A stretch of DNA of 64,000 nt, taken from the NCBI GenBank assembly GCA_009914755.4, contig CP086569.2:11136001-11200000 (forward strand), read 5' to 3'. The notes below the pieces were generated by a model. The model saw nothing but the letters and a program-made list of their open reading frames with translations. It was not told the DNA's origin and ran no database searches. The translations under genes were made by a program, and so were the position numbers. Positions 1 through 13,040 of the stretch are shown here, one piece after another. Positions within the stretch are counted from its first letter, which is position 1, and each line of letters opens with the position of its first letter. Source of the stretch: the human T2T-CHM13v2.0 reference genome, Homo sapiens.

Positions 1-2037
1 CCCATGCCCCTGTAGGCAGAGCTTAGTCAAGAGTCACATCTCCTTGGTGATCATTGCAGAGATACGTCACAATGTCCCCATAGGCAGAGCCTAGACAAGA
101 GTTACATAACCTGTGTGATCCACGCAGAGTGATGTCACAATGCCCTCTGTAAGCAGAGACTAGAAAAGAGTTACATCACCTGGGTGATCAGTGCACAGAT
201 ATGTCACAATTTCCCCAGTAGGCAGAGCCTACACAAGTGTTACATCACTTTGGTGATCAGTGTAGAGATATGTCACAATACCCCCTGTAGGCAGAGCCTA
301 GACAAGAGTTACATCACCTGGGTGATCAATGCAGAGATATGTGACAAGGCCCCATTAAGCAGAGCCTACACAATAGTTACATCTTCTGAGTGATCAGTGC
401 AGAGATCTGTCACAGTGCCCCTTTAGGCAGAGCTTAGACCATAGTTACATCATTTGGGTGATAAGTGCAGAGACAGATCAGAATGCCCCATAAGCAGATC
501 CAAGAAAAGAGTCCGTCACCTGGGTGATCAGTGCAGAAATATGTGACCATGCCACCAGTAGGCAGAGCCTAGAGAAGAGTCCCATCACCTGGCTGATGAG
601 TGCAGAGTTATGCCCCAATGCCCCCTGTAGGCAGAGCCTAGACAATGGTTACATCACCTGGTTGATCAGTAAAGAGATATTTCACAATGCCCCTGCAGGC
701 AGAGAGTAAGCAAGAGTTGCATCACTTAGATGATCAGTGCAGAGATGTGTCACAAGGCCCCCTATAGGCAGAGCTTGGACAAGAGTTACATCACCTCGGT
801 GATCAATGCAGTCGTATGTCACTATGCCCCAGTAGGCAGAGCTTATTCAAGCGTTACATCACCTGGGTGATCAGTGCAGAGATATGTCACAAAGCCCCCA
901 TAAACAGAGCCTAGACAAGCGTCCCATTAGCTGGGTGATCAGTGCAGAAATATGTCACAATGTCCCCATAGGCAAAGCCTAGACAAAAGTCCCATCACCT
1001 GGATGATCAGTACAGAGATATGTCAGAAAACCCCTGTAGACAGAGCCTAGAGAAGAATTACATCACTTGGTTGATCAGTTCAGAGATGTGTCACATTGCC
1101 CACGTAGGCAGCGCCTACACACGTTTTCCATCACCTCGGTGATCAGTGCAGAGATATGTCACAAAAACCCTGCAGGCAAAGCCTAGAAAAGGGTTACATC
1201 ACCTGCTTGATCAGTGCAGATATATGTCAGAAAGCCCCCATACACGGAGCCTAGATAAGAGTCCCTTCTCCTGGATGTTTAGTGCAAAAATATGTCGCAA
1301 TGCCCCATAGGCAGATACAACACAAGAGATACATCACCTGGGTGATCAGGGTAGAGATATGTCACAATGCCCCCGTAGGCAGAGCCTAGACAAAAGTCCC
1401 TTCAAATGGGTGATCAGTGCAGAGATATGTCACAAAGCCCCTGTAGGCAGATCCTAGACAAGGGTTACATCACTTTGTTGATCAGTTCAGAGAGGTGTCA
1501 CAAGTGCCCATGTAGGCAGAACACAGATAAATGTTCCATCAGCGGCGTGATCAGTGAAGAGATATGTGACAAGGCCCCTTAAGCAGAACCTAGACAATAG
1601 TTACATCATCTGAGTGATCAATGCAATGATATGTCACTATGCCCCAGTAGGCAGAGCCTAGTCAAGCTTTACATCACCTGGGTTATCAGTGCAGAGTTAT
1701 GACACAATGCCCACTGTAGGGAGAGCCCAGGCAATATTTACATCACCTGATTGATCAGTAAAGAGATGTTTCACAATGCCCCTGCAGGCGGAGCGTAAGC
1801 AAGAGTTACATCACCTTGATGATCAGTGCAGAGATATGTCAAAAGGTCCCCTGTAGGCAAAGCCTGGACAAGAGTTACATCACCTCGGTGATCAATGCAG
1901 TGATATGTCACTATGCCCCAGTAGGCAGAGCCTAGTCAAGCATTACATCACCTGGGTGATCAGTGCAGTGATATGTCAAAAAGTCCCCAGACACACAGCC
2001 TAGACAAGAGTCCCATCACCCTTGTGATCAGTGATAT
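1..2037 (+). repeat. Beta satellite (Sau3A 68-bp family) tandem array, orientation 1, ~30 monomers, continues beyond left edge
   Basis: Monomer gtgatcagtgcagagatatgtcacaatgcccctgtaggcagagcctagacaagagttacatcacctgg recurs with 68-69 bp period (GATC at 1616, 1684, 1753, 1821, 1890). One GATC per monomer; GC-rich. Confidence 0.9.
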
Positions 2038-5000
2038 GTCAGCACTGATCACCCAGGTGATGTACATTTTGTCTAGGCTATGCCCACAGGGGCATTTTGA
2101 CATATCTCTGCACTGATCACCGAGATGATGTAACTCTTGTCTCGGCTTTGCCAATAGGAGGCATTGAGATATATCTCTGCATTGATCTCCGAAGTGATGC
2201 AACTCTTGCCTGGACTCTGCCTACAGGGGCCATTGTGACATATCTCTGCCGTGATCACCCAGGTGATGTAACTCTTGTCTAGGCTCTGCCTAAAGGGGGT
2301 ATTGTGACATATCTCTGCACTGATCACCTAGGTGCTGTAACTCTTTTCTAGGCTTTTCCTACAGGGGCATTTTGACATATCAGTGAAGTGATCACCATGG
2401 TGACGTAAGTCTCATCTAGGATCAATACAGAGTAATGTCACAAAGCACCTTGCATGCAGAGCCTAGAGAAGAGTTACATTACCTGCATAACTCTGCACTG
2501 ATCACCCAGGTGATGGGACTCTTCTCTAGGCTATGCCAGCTGTGGGCATTGTCACATATTTCTGCACTGATCACTGAGGTGACGGACTCTTGTCTTGGAT
2601 CTGACTATGGGGGCATTATGACATATCTGTGCACTGATCACCCAGGTGATGTAACTCTGGTCTAAGCTCTGCCTAAAGGGGCATTGTGACAGATCTCTGC
2701 ACAGATCACTCAGGTGATTTAACTATTTTCCAGGTTCTGCTTAAAGGGGCCTTGTCACATATCTCTGCACTGATCACCCTGGTGATGTAACTCTTGTCTA
2801 GACTCTGCTTACAGGGGGTATTGTGACATATCTCTGCACTGATTACCTACTTGATGTAACACTTGTGTAGGCTCTGCCTACAGGGGCTTTTTGACATCTC
2901 TCTGCACTGTTAACCGAGGTGATGTAACTCTTGTCTAGGCTGTGCCCACAGGGGGATTGAGACATATCTCTGCACTGATCCTGAGGTGATCCAACTCTTG
3001 TCCGGGCTCTGCCTATTGGAGACATAGTGACATACCTCTGCAGTGATCTCCCAGGTGATCTATCTTTTGTCAAGGTTCTGGCTACATGGCTTTGTGACAT
3101 ATCACTGCACTGATCTCCCAGGTGATATAACTCTTGTCTATGCTGTGCCTACCGGGGACTTGTGACATATCTCTGCACTGAACACCTAGGGGATGTAACT
3201 ATTGTCTAGGGTCTGCCTACAGTGTGCTTTGTGACATATCCCTGCAATGATCACCCAGGTGATGTAACACTTGTCAACGCTCTCCCTACAGGGGCATTGC
3301 GATGTATATCTGAACTGATCACCTAGGTCAAGTAACTCTTGTCGAGGCTCTGCCTGCAGTGACATTGTGACATATCTCTGCACTGATCACACAGGTGATG
3401 TAACACTTGACTACGATTTGCCTACAGGGTGCTTTGTGACATATCCCTGAAATGATCACCCACGTGGTGTACGACTTTTCAAGGCTCTGCCAGAGGGGCA
3501 TGTGATCTATCTCTGTGCTGATTACCTAGGTCATGTAATTCTTTTTTAGGCTCTGCCTACAGTGGCATTGTGACATTTCTCTGCACTGATCACCGAGGTG
3601 ATGGAACTCTTGTCTAGGATCTGCCTGAAGGGACTTTGTGTCATAACTCTTCACTGATCATCCAGGTGATAGGGCTTTTGTCTAGGTTCTGCCTACAGGG
3701 GTATTGTGACTTATTTCTGCACTGATCACCAAGGTGACAGACTCTTCCTGTATCTGCCTATGGGGGCATTGTGACATATCTCCTCACTGATCACCCAAGT
3801 GATGTAACTGTTTCATAAGCTCTGCCTACAAGGGAATTGTGAGCTCTCTCCACTGATCCCGAAAGTGATGTAATTATTGTCTAGTCTTTGCCTACAGGGG
3901 ACTTTGTGACATATCTTTGCACTGATCACTCAGGTGATGTAACACATCTAAGCTCTGCCTACTGGGACATTGTGACATATCTCTGCACTGATCACCCCGT
4001 TGATGCAACTCTTCTCTATGCTCTGCCTACAGGGGCATTGTGACATATCACTGAACTGATAACCCTGGTGATGTACCTCTTTTCTAGTCTCTGCTTACAG
4101 AGGGTGTTGTGACATCACTCTGCACGGATCACCCGGGTCATATAACTCTTGTCTAGGCTCTGCATATGGGGGCTTTGTGACGTATCTCTGCAATGATCAC
4201 CCAGGAGTTGTGACTATTGTCTAAGCTCTGCCTACAGGGAGACTGGGACATATCTCTGCAATGATCACTGAGGTGATGTATCACTTGTCTAGGCTTTGCC
4301 TACAGTGGGATTTATGACATATCTCTGCACTGCTCACCCAGTTGATGTAACTCTTGTCTAGACTCTGCTTACAGTGGGTATTGTGAGATATCTCTGCACT
4401 GACCACCCAGGTGATGTAACTCTTGTCTGGGCTCTGCCTACAGGGTCATTTTAACATAGCACTGCACTGATCACCTAGATAATGTAACTCTTGTATAGGC
4501 TTTGCCGAAAGAGGCATTGAGACATATCTCTGCACTTATCACCGAGGTGATACAACTCTTGTCTGGGATCTGCCTGCAGGAGACATTTTTACATATCTCT
4601 GAAATGATCATCGAGGTGATGTTACTCTTGTCTAGGCTCTGCCTACTGGAGACATTGTGACTTATCTCTGCACTGATCACCCAGGTGATGTAACTCTTGT
4701 CTAGAGTCTGGCCACAGGGACAGAGTGACATATATCTGCACTGATCACACAGGTGATGTACTTCTTGTAAAGTCTTTGCCTACAGGGGGTGTTGTGACAT
4801 ATCTCTGCACTGATCTCTGAGGGGAGGTAACTCTTGTCTAGTCTCTGTCTACAGAGGGCGTTGTGACATCACTCTGCAATGATCACCTTGTTGATGTAAC
4901 TCTTGTCTAGGCTCTGCCTACATGGACATTATGACATATTTCTGCACTGATCACCGCGGTGATGTAGATTTTGTCTAGGCTCTGCCCACAGGGGCATTTT

Positions 5001-8000
5001 GACATAACTATGCACTGATCACCGAGGTGATGCAACTCTTCTCAAGGCTCTACCTACACGGGGCATTGTGACATATCTCTGCACTGATCTTGCAGGTGAT
5101 GTAACTCTTCTCTAGGCTCTGCCTGCAAGGTGCTTTGTGACATCACTGTATTGATCATTAAGGTGATGTAACTTTTGTCTAGGCTCTGCCTATGGGGGAA
5201 TTGTGACACATCTCTGCACTGATCACTGAGGTGATGTGACCCCTCTCTAAGCTCTCCCTATGGGTGCATTTTGAGATATCTCTGCAATGATTCCCCAGAT
5301 GATGTAACTTTTCTCTAGGCTTTGCCTAAAGCTGGATTTGCCGCATGTCTCTGTACTGATCACCCAGCTGATGTAACACTTTTCTAGCCTCTACCTACAG
5401 GGGAATTTTAACATATCACTGCACTGATCACCGAGATGTTGTAACTCTTGTATAGGCTTTGCCAACAGTGGGCTTTGAGACATATTTCTGTACTGATCAC
5501 CGAGGTGATGCAACTCCTGTCTGGGACCTGCCTACAGGGGGCATTTTGACAGATCTCTGCCCTGATCACCCAGGTGATGTAACTCTTCTGTAGGGTCTGC
5601 CTCCAGGGGTTATTGTGACATATCTCTGCACTGATCACGCAGGTGAGGTAACTCTTCTCTAGGCTCTGCCTACAAGGTGCTTTGTGACTTCACTCCTTAT
5701 TAAACATCCAGGTGAAGTAACTTTTGTCTAGGCTCTGCCTAAGGGGGCTTTGTGACCCATCTCTGCACTGATCATTCAGGTGATGTGACCCCTGTCTAAG
5801 CTCTCCCTATGGGTGCATTTTGAGATATCTCTGTACTGATTCCCCAGATGATGTAACTCTTTTCAAGGCTTTGCCTAAGGGGGATTTGCCACATATCTCT
5901 GTACTGATCACCTAGGTGATATAATACTTTCCTAGGTTCTTCCTACAGCGGAATTGTGACATATCACTGCACTGATCACCCAGATGATGTAACTCTTCTG
6001 TAGGCTGTACTTTCAGGGGGCTTTGTGACATACCTCTTCACTGATCAACTAGGTGATGTAACTCTTTTCTAGGCTTTGCCCAGAGGGGGCATTGTAACAT
6101 ATCTCTGCACTGATCACCCAGGTGATGTAACTCTTGTCCAGGCTCTGCCAATAGGTGCCCTTGTGACATATCTCTGCACTGATCATCTAGGTGATGTAAC
6201 ACTTGCTTACGCTCTGCCTGCTGGGGCATTGTGAAATATCCCTTTACTGATCAACCAGATGATGTACCTCTTGTCTAGGCTGTGCTTACATGGGGCATTG
6301 TGGCATAACTGCACTGATCACTCAGGTGATGGGACTTTTCTTTAGGCTCTGACTACTAGAGGCATTGTCACATATTTCTGCACTGATCACCGAAGTGATG
6401 GACTCTTGTCTTGTATCTGCCTATGGGGGGCATTGTGACATATCTCTGCGCTGATCACCCAGGCGATGTAACTCTGGTCTAAGCTCTGCCTAAAGAGGCA
6501 TTGTGACAGATCTCTGCACTGGTCACTCAGGTGATGTAATTATTTTCTAGGCTCTGCTTAAGGGGTCTTGTCACATATCTCTGCACTGATCACCCAGGTG
6601 ATGTAATTCTTGTCTAGGCTTGGCTTACAGGGGATATTGTGACATATCTCTCCACTGATCACCTAAGTAATGTAATACTTGTGTACGCTCTGCCTACAGT
6701 GGCATTTTGACATATCTCTGCACTGTTAACTGAAGCGATGTAACTCTTGTATAGGCTTCACTGACAAGTGGCATTGAGACTTATGTCTGCATTGATCACC
6801 TAGGTGATGCAGCTCTTGTATGGGATCTGCCTACAGGGGGCATTGTGACTTATCTCTGATGTGATCACCCAAGTGATGTAACTCTTGTCTTGGCTCTGCC
6901 TACTGGAGACATTGTGACTTATCTATGTACTGATCACCCAGGTGATTTAACTCTTGTCTAGGCTCTGGCCACAGGGACAAAGTGACATATATCTGCCCTG
7001 ATCACACAACTGAAGTAACTCTTTTCTAGTCTTCGCCTACATAGGGTGTTGTGACATATCTCTGCACTGATCTCTCAGGTGAGGTAACTCTTGTCTAGTC
7101 TCTACCTACAGAGGGCTTGTGACATCACTGTGCAATGCTCACCCAGGTAATGTAACTCTTGTCTAGCCTCTGCCGACATGGAGATTTTGAGATGTCTCTG
7201 CACTGATCACCCAGGTGATGTAAATTTTGTCTAGCCTCTGCCCACAGGGGCATTTTGACATATCTCTGCACTGATCACAGAGATGATGTATCTCTTGTCT
7301 GGGCTTTGCCAACAGGAGGCATTGAGACATAGCTCTGCACTGATCACCAAGGTGATGCAACTCTTGTCTGGGCTATGCCTACTTAGGGCATTGTGACATA
7401 TCTCTGCCCTGATCACCCAGGTGATGTAACTCTTGTCTAGGCTCTGCCAAAAGGGGGTATTGTGAAATATGCCTGCACTGATCACCTAGGTGATGTAACT
7501 CAATTCTAGGCTCTGCCTGCAGGGGCGTTTTGACATATCTCTGAAGTGATCACCGAGGTGATGTAACTCTTGTCTAGGGTTTGCCTACAGGGGGCATTGT
7601 AATATATCTCTGGACTTATCACCCAGGTGATGCAACTCTTCTCTAGGCTCTGCCTACAGGGGGCATTGTGACATATCTCTGCACTGATCACGCAGGTGAT
7701 GTAACTCTTCTCCAGTCTGTACTTTCACGGGGCTTTGTGACATACCTCTGCACTGATAACCTAGGCGTTGTAACTCTTTTCTAGGCTTTGTCCAGAGGTG
7801 GCATTTTTACATATCTCTCTGCACGGAGCATTAAGATAATGCAACTCTTGTCTATGCTCTGCCTACAGGAGCATTGGGAAATATCATTACACTGATCACA
7901 CAGGTGATGGTACTCTTGTCTAAGCTCTGCCTAAAGGGGTCTTTGTGACATATCTCTGCACTGTTCACTCAGGTGATGGGACTCTTCTCTATATTCTGCC

Positions 8001-9016
8001 TAGAGGGGGATTTGTGACATATCTCTACACTTATCACGCAGGTGATGGAAGACTTGTCTAGGCTCTGTCTGTTGGGGTATTGTGTCAGATATCTGCACTG
8101 ATCACTCAGGTGATGTAACTCTTGTCTGAGCTCTGCCTACAGAGATTTTTGTGACATATCACCGCACTGATCACCTAGATGATGGAACTCTTGACTAGGC
8201 TCTTCCTACAGGGACATTTGGATGTATCACTGCACTGATCACCCAGGTGATGTAACTCTTTTGTAGCCTCTGCCTATAGGGGCATTGTGACATATCTCTG
8301 CACTGATCAATCAGGTGATGTAACTTTTGTCTAGGCTTTGACTGCAGGGTTTTTTTTGACATATCTCCTCACCGATCACCCAGGTGATGGAATATTTTAC
8401 TAGGCTCTGCCTACATGGGCATTGTGACACATCTCTGAACTGATCAACCTAGTGATGTTAACTCTTCTTTAGGCTCTGCCTATTGGGTCTTCGTGACATA
8501 TCTCTGCACTGATCACCCAAGAGGTGGGACCTTTGTCTAGGCTGTGCCTATGGGGGCATTGTGACATATCTTTACACTGATCACCCAGGTTATGTAACAC
8601 TTGTGTGGGATCAACCTCTGGGAGCATTGTGGCATATTTCTGTACTGATCACCCAGGTGATGGGACGCTTTCCTAGGCTCTGTATATGGGGGCTTTGTGA
8701 CATATCTCTGCTCTGATCACTCAGGTGATGTAACGCTTGACTAGGCTCTGCCTATTGGGGCAAAGTGACATGTCACTGCATTAATCACTCAGATGATGTA
8801 ACTATTGTCTAGCCTCTGTTTAAGGAGACTTGTCACATATCTCTGCACTGATTACACAGCTGATGGAACACTTGTCTAGGCTCTGCCTACATGGGCATTG
8901 TGACACATCCCTGAGCTGATCAACCAAGTGATGTAACAATTGCCTAGGCTCTGCCTACAGTGGCATTGTGACATATCTCTGCACTAATCACCCAGGTGAT
9001 GTAACTCTTGTATAGG
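2038..9016 (-). repeat. Beta satellite tandem array in inverse orientation, ~102 monomers
   Basis: Same monomer read as reverse complement (gacatatctctgcactgatcacccaggtgatgtaactcttgtctaggctctgcctacagg). Orientation flips at ..gtgatcagtgatatgtca|gcactgatcacccagg.. (~2038). Array ends abruptly at ..gtaactcttgtatagg|atcactccactcc.. (~9016). Confidence 0.9.
2421..2488 (+). repeat. Single 68-bp beta-satellite monomer re-inverted within the inverse-oriented array
   Basis: atcaatacagagtaatgtcacaaagcaccttgcatgcagagcctagagaagagttacattacctgcat is in orientation 1. It is flanked on both sides by orientation-2 monomers (..tctcatctagg| and |aactctgcactgatcaccc..). Confidence 0.75.
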
Positions 9017-9765
9017 ATCACTCCACTCCACGCCATTCTGCTCCACTCCACTCCAGTCCAGTCGACTCCACTGAATTCCATTCCACTCCCCGCCATTCCA
9101 CTCAACTCGATTCCACTCCAGTCCAGTATATTCCACTCCACTCCACTCCATTCCACTTCACTCCATTCCATTTCACAGCACCTCATTCCATTCCACTCCA
9201 CTCCATTCCATTCCATTCCATTCCATTCCATTCCATTCCATTCCATTCCTTTCCATTATACTCCGTTCCATTCCATTCCACTCAATTCCACTCAACTCCT
9301 TTCCACTCCACTCCATTCCATTCTATTCCATTCCATTCCATTCCATACCACTATAATCCATTCCACTTCATTATTTTCCATTCAACTGCATTCCATTCCA
9401 CTCCACTCCACTTCAATCCACTACATTCCATTCCACTCCACCCCCCTCCAATGCACTCCACTCCACTCCACTAAATTCCATTCCACTCCATTCCATTCCA
9501 CTACATTCCCTTCCAGTCCACTCCATTCCACACCACTCCATTCCACTCAACTCCATTCCATTCCACACCATTCCAATCCATTCCATTCCATTCCATTCCA
9601 TCCCATTCTATTCCATTCCATTCCATTACACTCCATTCCATTCAATTCCATTCTATTGCACTCCATTCCACTATCCGTCATTCCACTCCACTCCATTCCA
9701 ATCCACTCCACTCCATTCCATTCTACTCCATTCCATTTCATTCTACGCCATTCCATTCAATTGCT

Positions 9766-9835
9766 TTATTTCGATTAGATCTCACTCAGTCACCCAGACT
9801 GGAGTGCACTGGCACAATCTTAGCTCACATGTCAT
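9766..9835 (-). mobile_element. Antisense Alu 3'-tail relic, class A variant
   Basis: tcgattagatctcactcagtcacccagactggagtgcactggcacaatcttagctcacatg matches the reverse complement of the Alu 3' end (gagtctcgctctgtcgcccaggctggagtgcagtggcgcgatctcggctcac) with CpGs decayed. Confidence 0.75.
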
Positions 9836-10100
9836 TTCATCATTCAATTCCATTCCATATCATTCCATTCCACACCATTCCATTCAATTCCACTCCACTC
9901 CACACCATTCAACTCTATTCAATTCCATTCCACTCTTTTTCATTCCATTCCATTCCATTCCACTGCACTCCGATCCACTCCACTCAACTCTGCTCAACTC
10001 CAATCGACTCCCGTTCATTCCTTTCCATTCCATTCTAATCCATTCAATTCCACTCCACTCCAATCCACTCTACTGCACTCCACTCCACTCCATTCCATAA

Positions 10101-10160
10101 CATTCCACTGCACTCTGATTAACTACACGCCATTCCACTGCACTCTGATTAACTACACGC
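10101..10160 (+). repeat. Exact 2 x 30-bp tandem duplication within HSat3
   Basis: cattccactgcactctgattaactacacgc occurs twice in tandem without mismatch. Confidence 0.8.
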
Positions 10161-10720
10161 AACTCCACTCCACTCCTGTCCACTCCACTCCATTCCATTC
10201 CACTCCACTCCATTCCATTCCATGCCACCTCATTCCATTCCACTCCACCTCATTCCATTCCACTCCACTCCATTTCATTCCATTCCATTCCATTCCATAC
10301 CACTACAATCCATTCCACTTCATTCCATTCCATTCAACTGCATTCCATTCCACTCCACTCCACTCCACTCCCACTCCATTCCATTCCACTCCACTCTCCT
10401 CCACTTCAATCCACTCCACTCCACTAAATTCCATTCTACTCCATTCCACTCCATTCCACTCCAGTCCACTCCACTCCACACCACTCCATTCCACTCGACT
10501 CCATTCCATTCCAAACCATTCCACTCCATTCCACTCCATGCCATTCCATTCCATTCCTTTCCATTCCATTCCATTCCATTCCATTCCATTCTACTGCACT
10601 CCATTCCACTACCCTTCATTCCACTCCACTCCATTCCAATCCACTCCACTCCATTCTACTCCATACCATTCTGCTCCACTCCATTCCATTCCATTCTACT
10701 CCATTCCATTCAATTCCTTT

Positions 10721-10793
10721 ATTTCAATTAGATCTCACTCAATCACCCAGACTGGAGTGCAGTGACACAATCTTAGCTCACATGTCATTTCAT
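10721..10793 (-). mobile_element. Antisense Alu 3'-tail relic, class A
   Basis: gatctcactcaatcacccagactggagtgcagtgacacaatcttagctcacatgtcatttcatc. Confidence 0.75.
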
Positions 10794-11540
10794 CATTTGA
10801 TTCCATTCCATATCATTCCATTCCACACCATTCCATTGCATTCAATTCCCCTCCACTCCACACCCCTCTACTCTACTCCATTTCATTCCACTCTTTTTCA
10901 TTCCATTCCATTCCATTCCACAGCACTCCGATCCACTCCACTGAATTCCGCTCAGCTCCAGCCGACTCCCGTTTGTTCCTTTCCGTTACATTCCCTTCCA
11001 TTCAATTCCACTCCACTCCACTCCACTGCACTCCATTCAACTCCATTCCATTCCTTTCCATAACATTCCACTGCACTCCGATTAACTCCACAAAACTCCA
11101 CTCCACTCCACTCCTGTCCATTCCACTCCACTCCATTCCACTGCACTCCACTACACTCCACACAACTCCACTCCACTTCCATCCAGTTCAGTCCATTCCT
11201 TCCACTCCAGTCCATTCCATTCCACTCCACTCCATTCCATTCCATTCAATTCTATTCATTCAATTCCACTCCACTCATTTCCACTCCACTCCACTGCACT
11301 CCATTCCACTCCACTCCACTTCATTCCACTCCACTCCACTCCAAACCAATCCAGTCCACTCCATTACACTCTACTCCACTCTGCTCCCTTCCATTCCACT
11401 GCACTCCACTCCACTCCACTCCATTCCATTCCACTCCAGTCTAATCCTTTCCACTCCATTCCAGTCCACTCCATTCCATTCTACTCCATTCCACTTCACT
11501 CCACTCCACTCAATTCCATTCCACTCGATTCCATTCCATT

Positions 11541-11612
11541 CCTTTGTTTCCACAGGATCTCTCTCTATCACACAGGCGGGAGTTCAGTGGCACAATCTCA
11601 GCTCAAATTTCT
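11541..11612 (-). mobile_element. Antisense Alu 3'-tail relic, class D
   Basis: ccacaggatctctctctatcacacaggcgggagttcagtggcacaatctcagctcaaatttctttacacc. Confidence 0.7.
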
Positions 11613-11732
11613 TTACACCATTCCACTGCATTCCATTCCATCCCATTTCATTCCACTTTATTTCATTCCACTCCACCCCACTCCACTCCATTCCAGTCCA
11701 ATTTATTCCATTTCATTCCATTGCTTTCCATT

Positions 11733-11815
11733 CTTTTCTTCCAACAGGACATTACTTTTTCACACATGATGGAGTGCAGTGGCACAATCTCAGCTCACAT
11801 TACATGTCAACTTTC
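11733..11815 (-). mobile_element. Antisense Alu 3'-tail relic, class B
   Basis: ggagtgcagtggcacaatctcagctcacattacatgtcaactttccattgc. Confidence 0.7.
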
Positions 11816-12341
11816 CATTGCAATCCGTTCCAATCCGTTCCACTCCGTTCCACTCCACTCCAATTAATTTCATTACACTTCTTTCCACTCCACGCCATTC
11901 CATTCCATTACACTCTACTCCGTTCCACTCCACTCCACTCCTATCCACTCCAGTCCACTCTACTCAATTCCATTCCACTCCAGTCCACTCAACCCCACTC
12001 CACTCCACTTCACTCCATTCCACTACACTCTACTGATTCAATTCCATTCCACTCCATTCCATTCCACTCAACTCCTCTCCATTCCATTCCACTCGACTCT
12101 ATTCCATTCCACTCCACTCCACTCCACTCCATTCCACTCCACTCCACTTTATTCCACTCCACTCCACTCCATTCCACTCCACTCCACTCCATTTGATTCC
12201 AATCCATTCCATTCAACTTCACTATAATCCATTCCACTGCAATCCATCCCATTCCATTCGACTCCATTCCACTCCACTCCACTCCATTCCATTCCATTTC
12301 ATTCCTTTCATTCCATTCCATTTCACTCCACTTCATTCCAT

Positions 12342-12430
12342 TCCTTTCTTTCAACAGGATATCACAGTGTCACCCAGGTGAGAGTGCAATGGCATAATCT
12401 CAGGTAAGATTACATGTCAACTTTACATTG
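12342..12430 (-). mobile_element. Antisense Alu 3'-tail relic, class B
   Basis: caacaggatatcacagtgtcacccaggtgagagtgcaatggcataatctcaggtaagattacatgtcaactttacattgc. Confidence 0.7.
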
Positions 12431-12630
12431 CATTGCATTCTATTCCATTCCACTCCACTCCATTCCATGCCATTCCATTCCATTCCATTCCATTCCATTC
12501 CACTCCACTTTACGACATTTCATTCCACTCCACTCCCCTCCACGCCAATCCACTCTACTCCAGTCCTTTCCATTCCACTCCATTCCATTCCTTTCATTCC
12601 ATTCCATTTAACTCCACTGCATTCCATTCC

Positions 12631-12715
12631 TTATTTCGAGAGGATAACACCGTGTCACCCAGGCTGGAGTGCAGTGGCATAATCTCAGCTAAGATTACAT
12701 GTCAACTTTATATTG
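12631..12715 (-). mobile_element. Antisense Alu 3'-tail relic, class B
   Basis: gtgtcacccaggctggagtgcagtggcataatctcagctaagattacatgtcaactttatattgc. Confidence 0.7.
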
Positions 12716-12960
12716 CATTGCATTCTATTTCATTCCACTCCACTCCATTCCATTCCATTCCATTCCACTCCATTCCATTCCATTGCACTCCATTCAATTC
12801 CATTCCATTCCACACCATTCCCTTCAATTCCATTCCATTACATTCCATTCCTCTACCTTTCATTCCACTCCACTCTATTCAAATCCACTCCACTCCATTA
12901 AACTGCATTCCATTCCGCTGCACTCCTTTCCACTCCCTTCTACTCCATTCATTCCATTCC

Positions 12961-13040
12961 TTTATTTCGACTGGATGTCACACTGTCACGCAGACTGGAG
13001 TGCAGTGGCAAAATCTTAGCTCACATTTCATTTCATCATT
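12961..13040 (-). mobile_element. Antisense Alu 3'-tail relic, class A
   Basis: tttatttcgactggatgtcacactgtcacgcagactggagtgcagtggcaaaatcttagctcacatttcatttcatc. Confidence 0.75.

Noticed and set aside
1-9016. Short ORFs MISAEICHN..RQSLDKSYITWVI.. in the beta-satellite region
   Set aside because: The periodic peptide simply mirrors the 68-bp monomer (about 22.7 codons). No start or stop logic; these are repeat artefacts.
1-9016. Regular 68-bp periodicity that could superficially resemble a CRISPR repeat-spacer array
   Set aside because: The whole 68-bp unit is repeated at 80-95 percent identity with no unique spacers and no leader or cas genes. The sequence is the classical primate Sau3A beta satellite.
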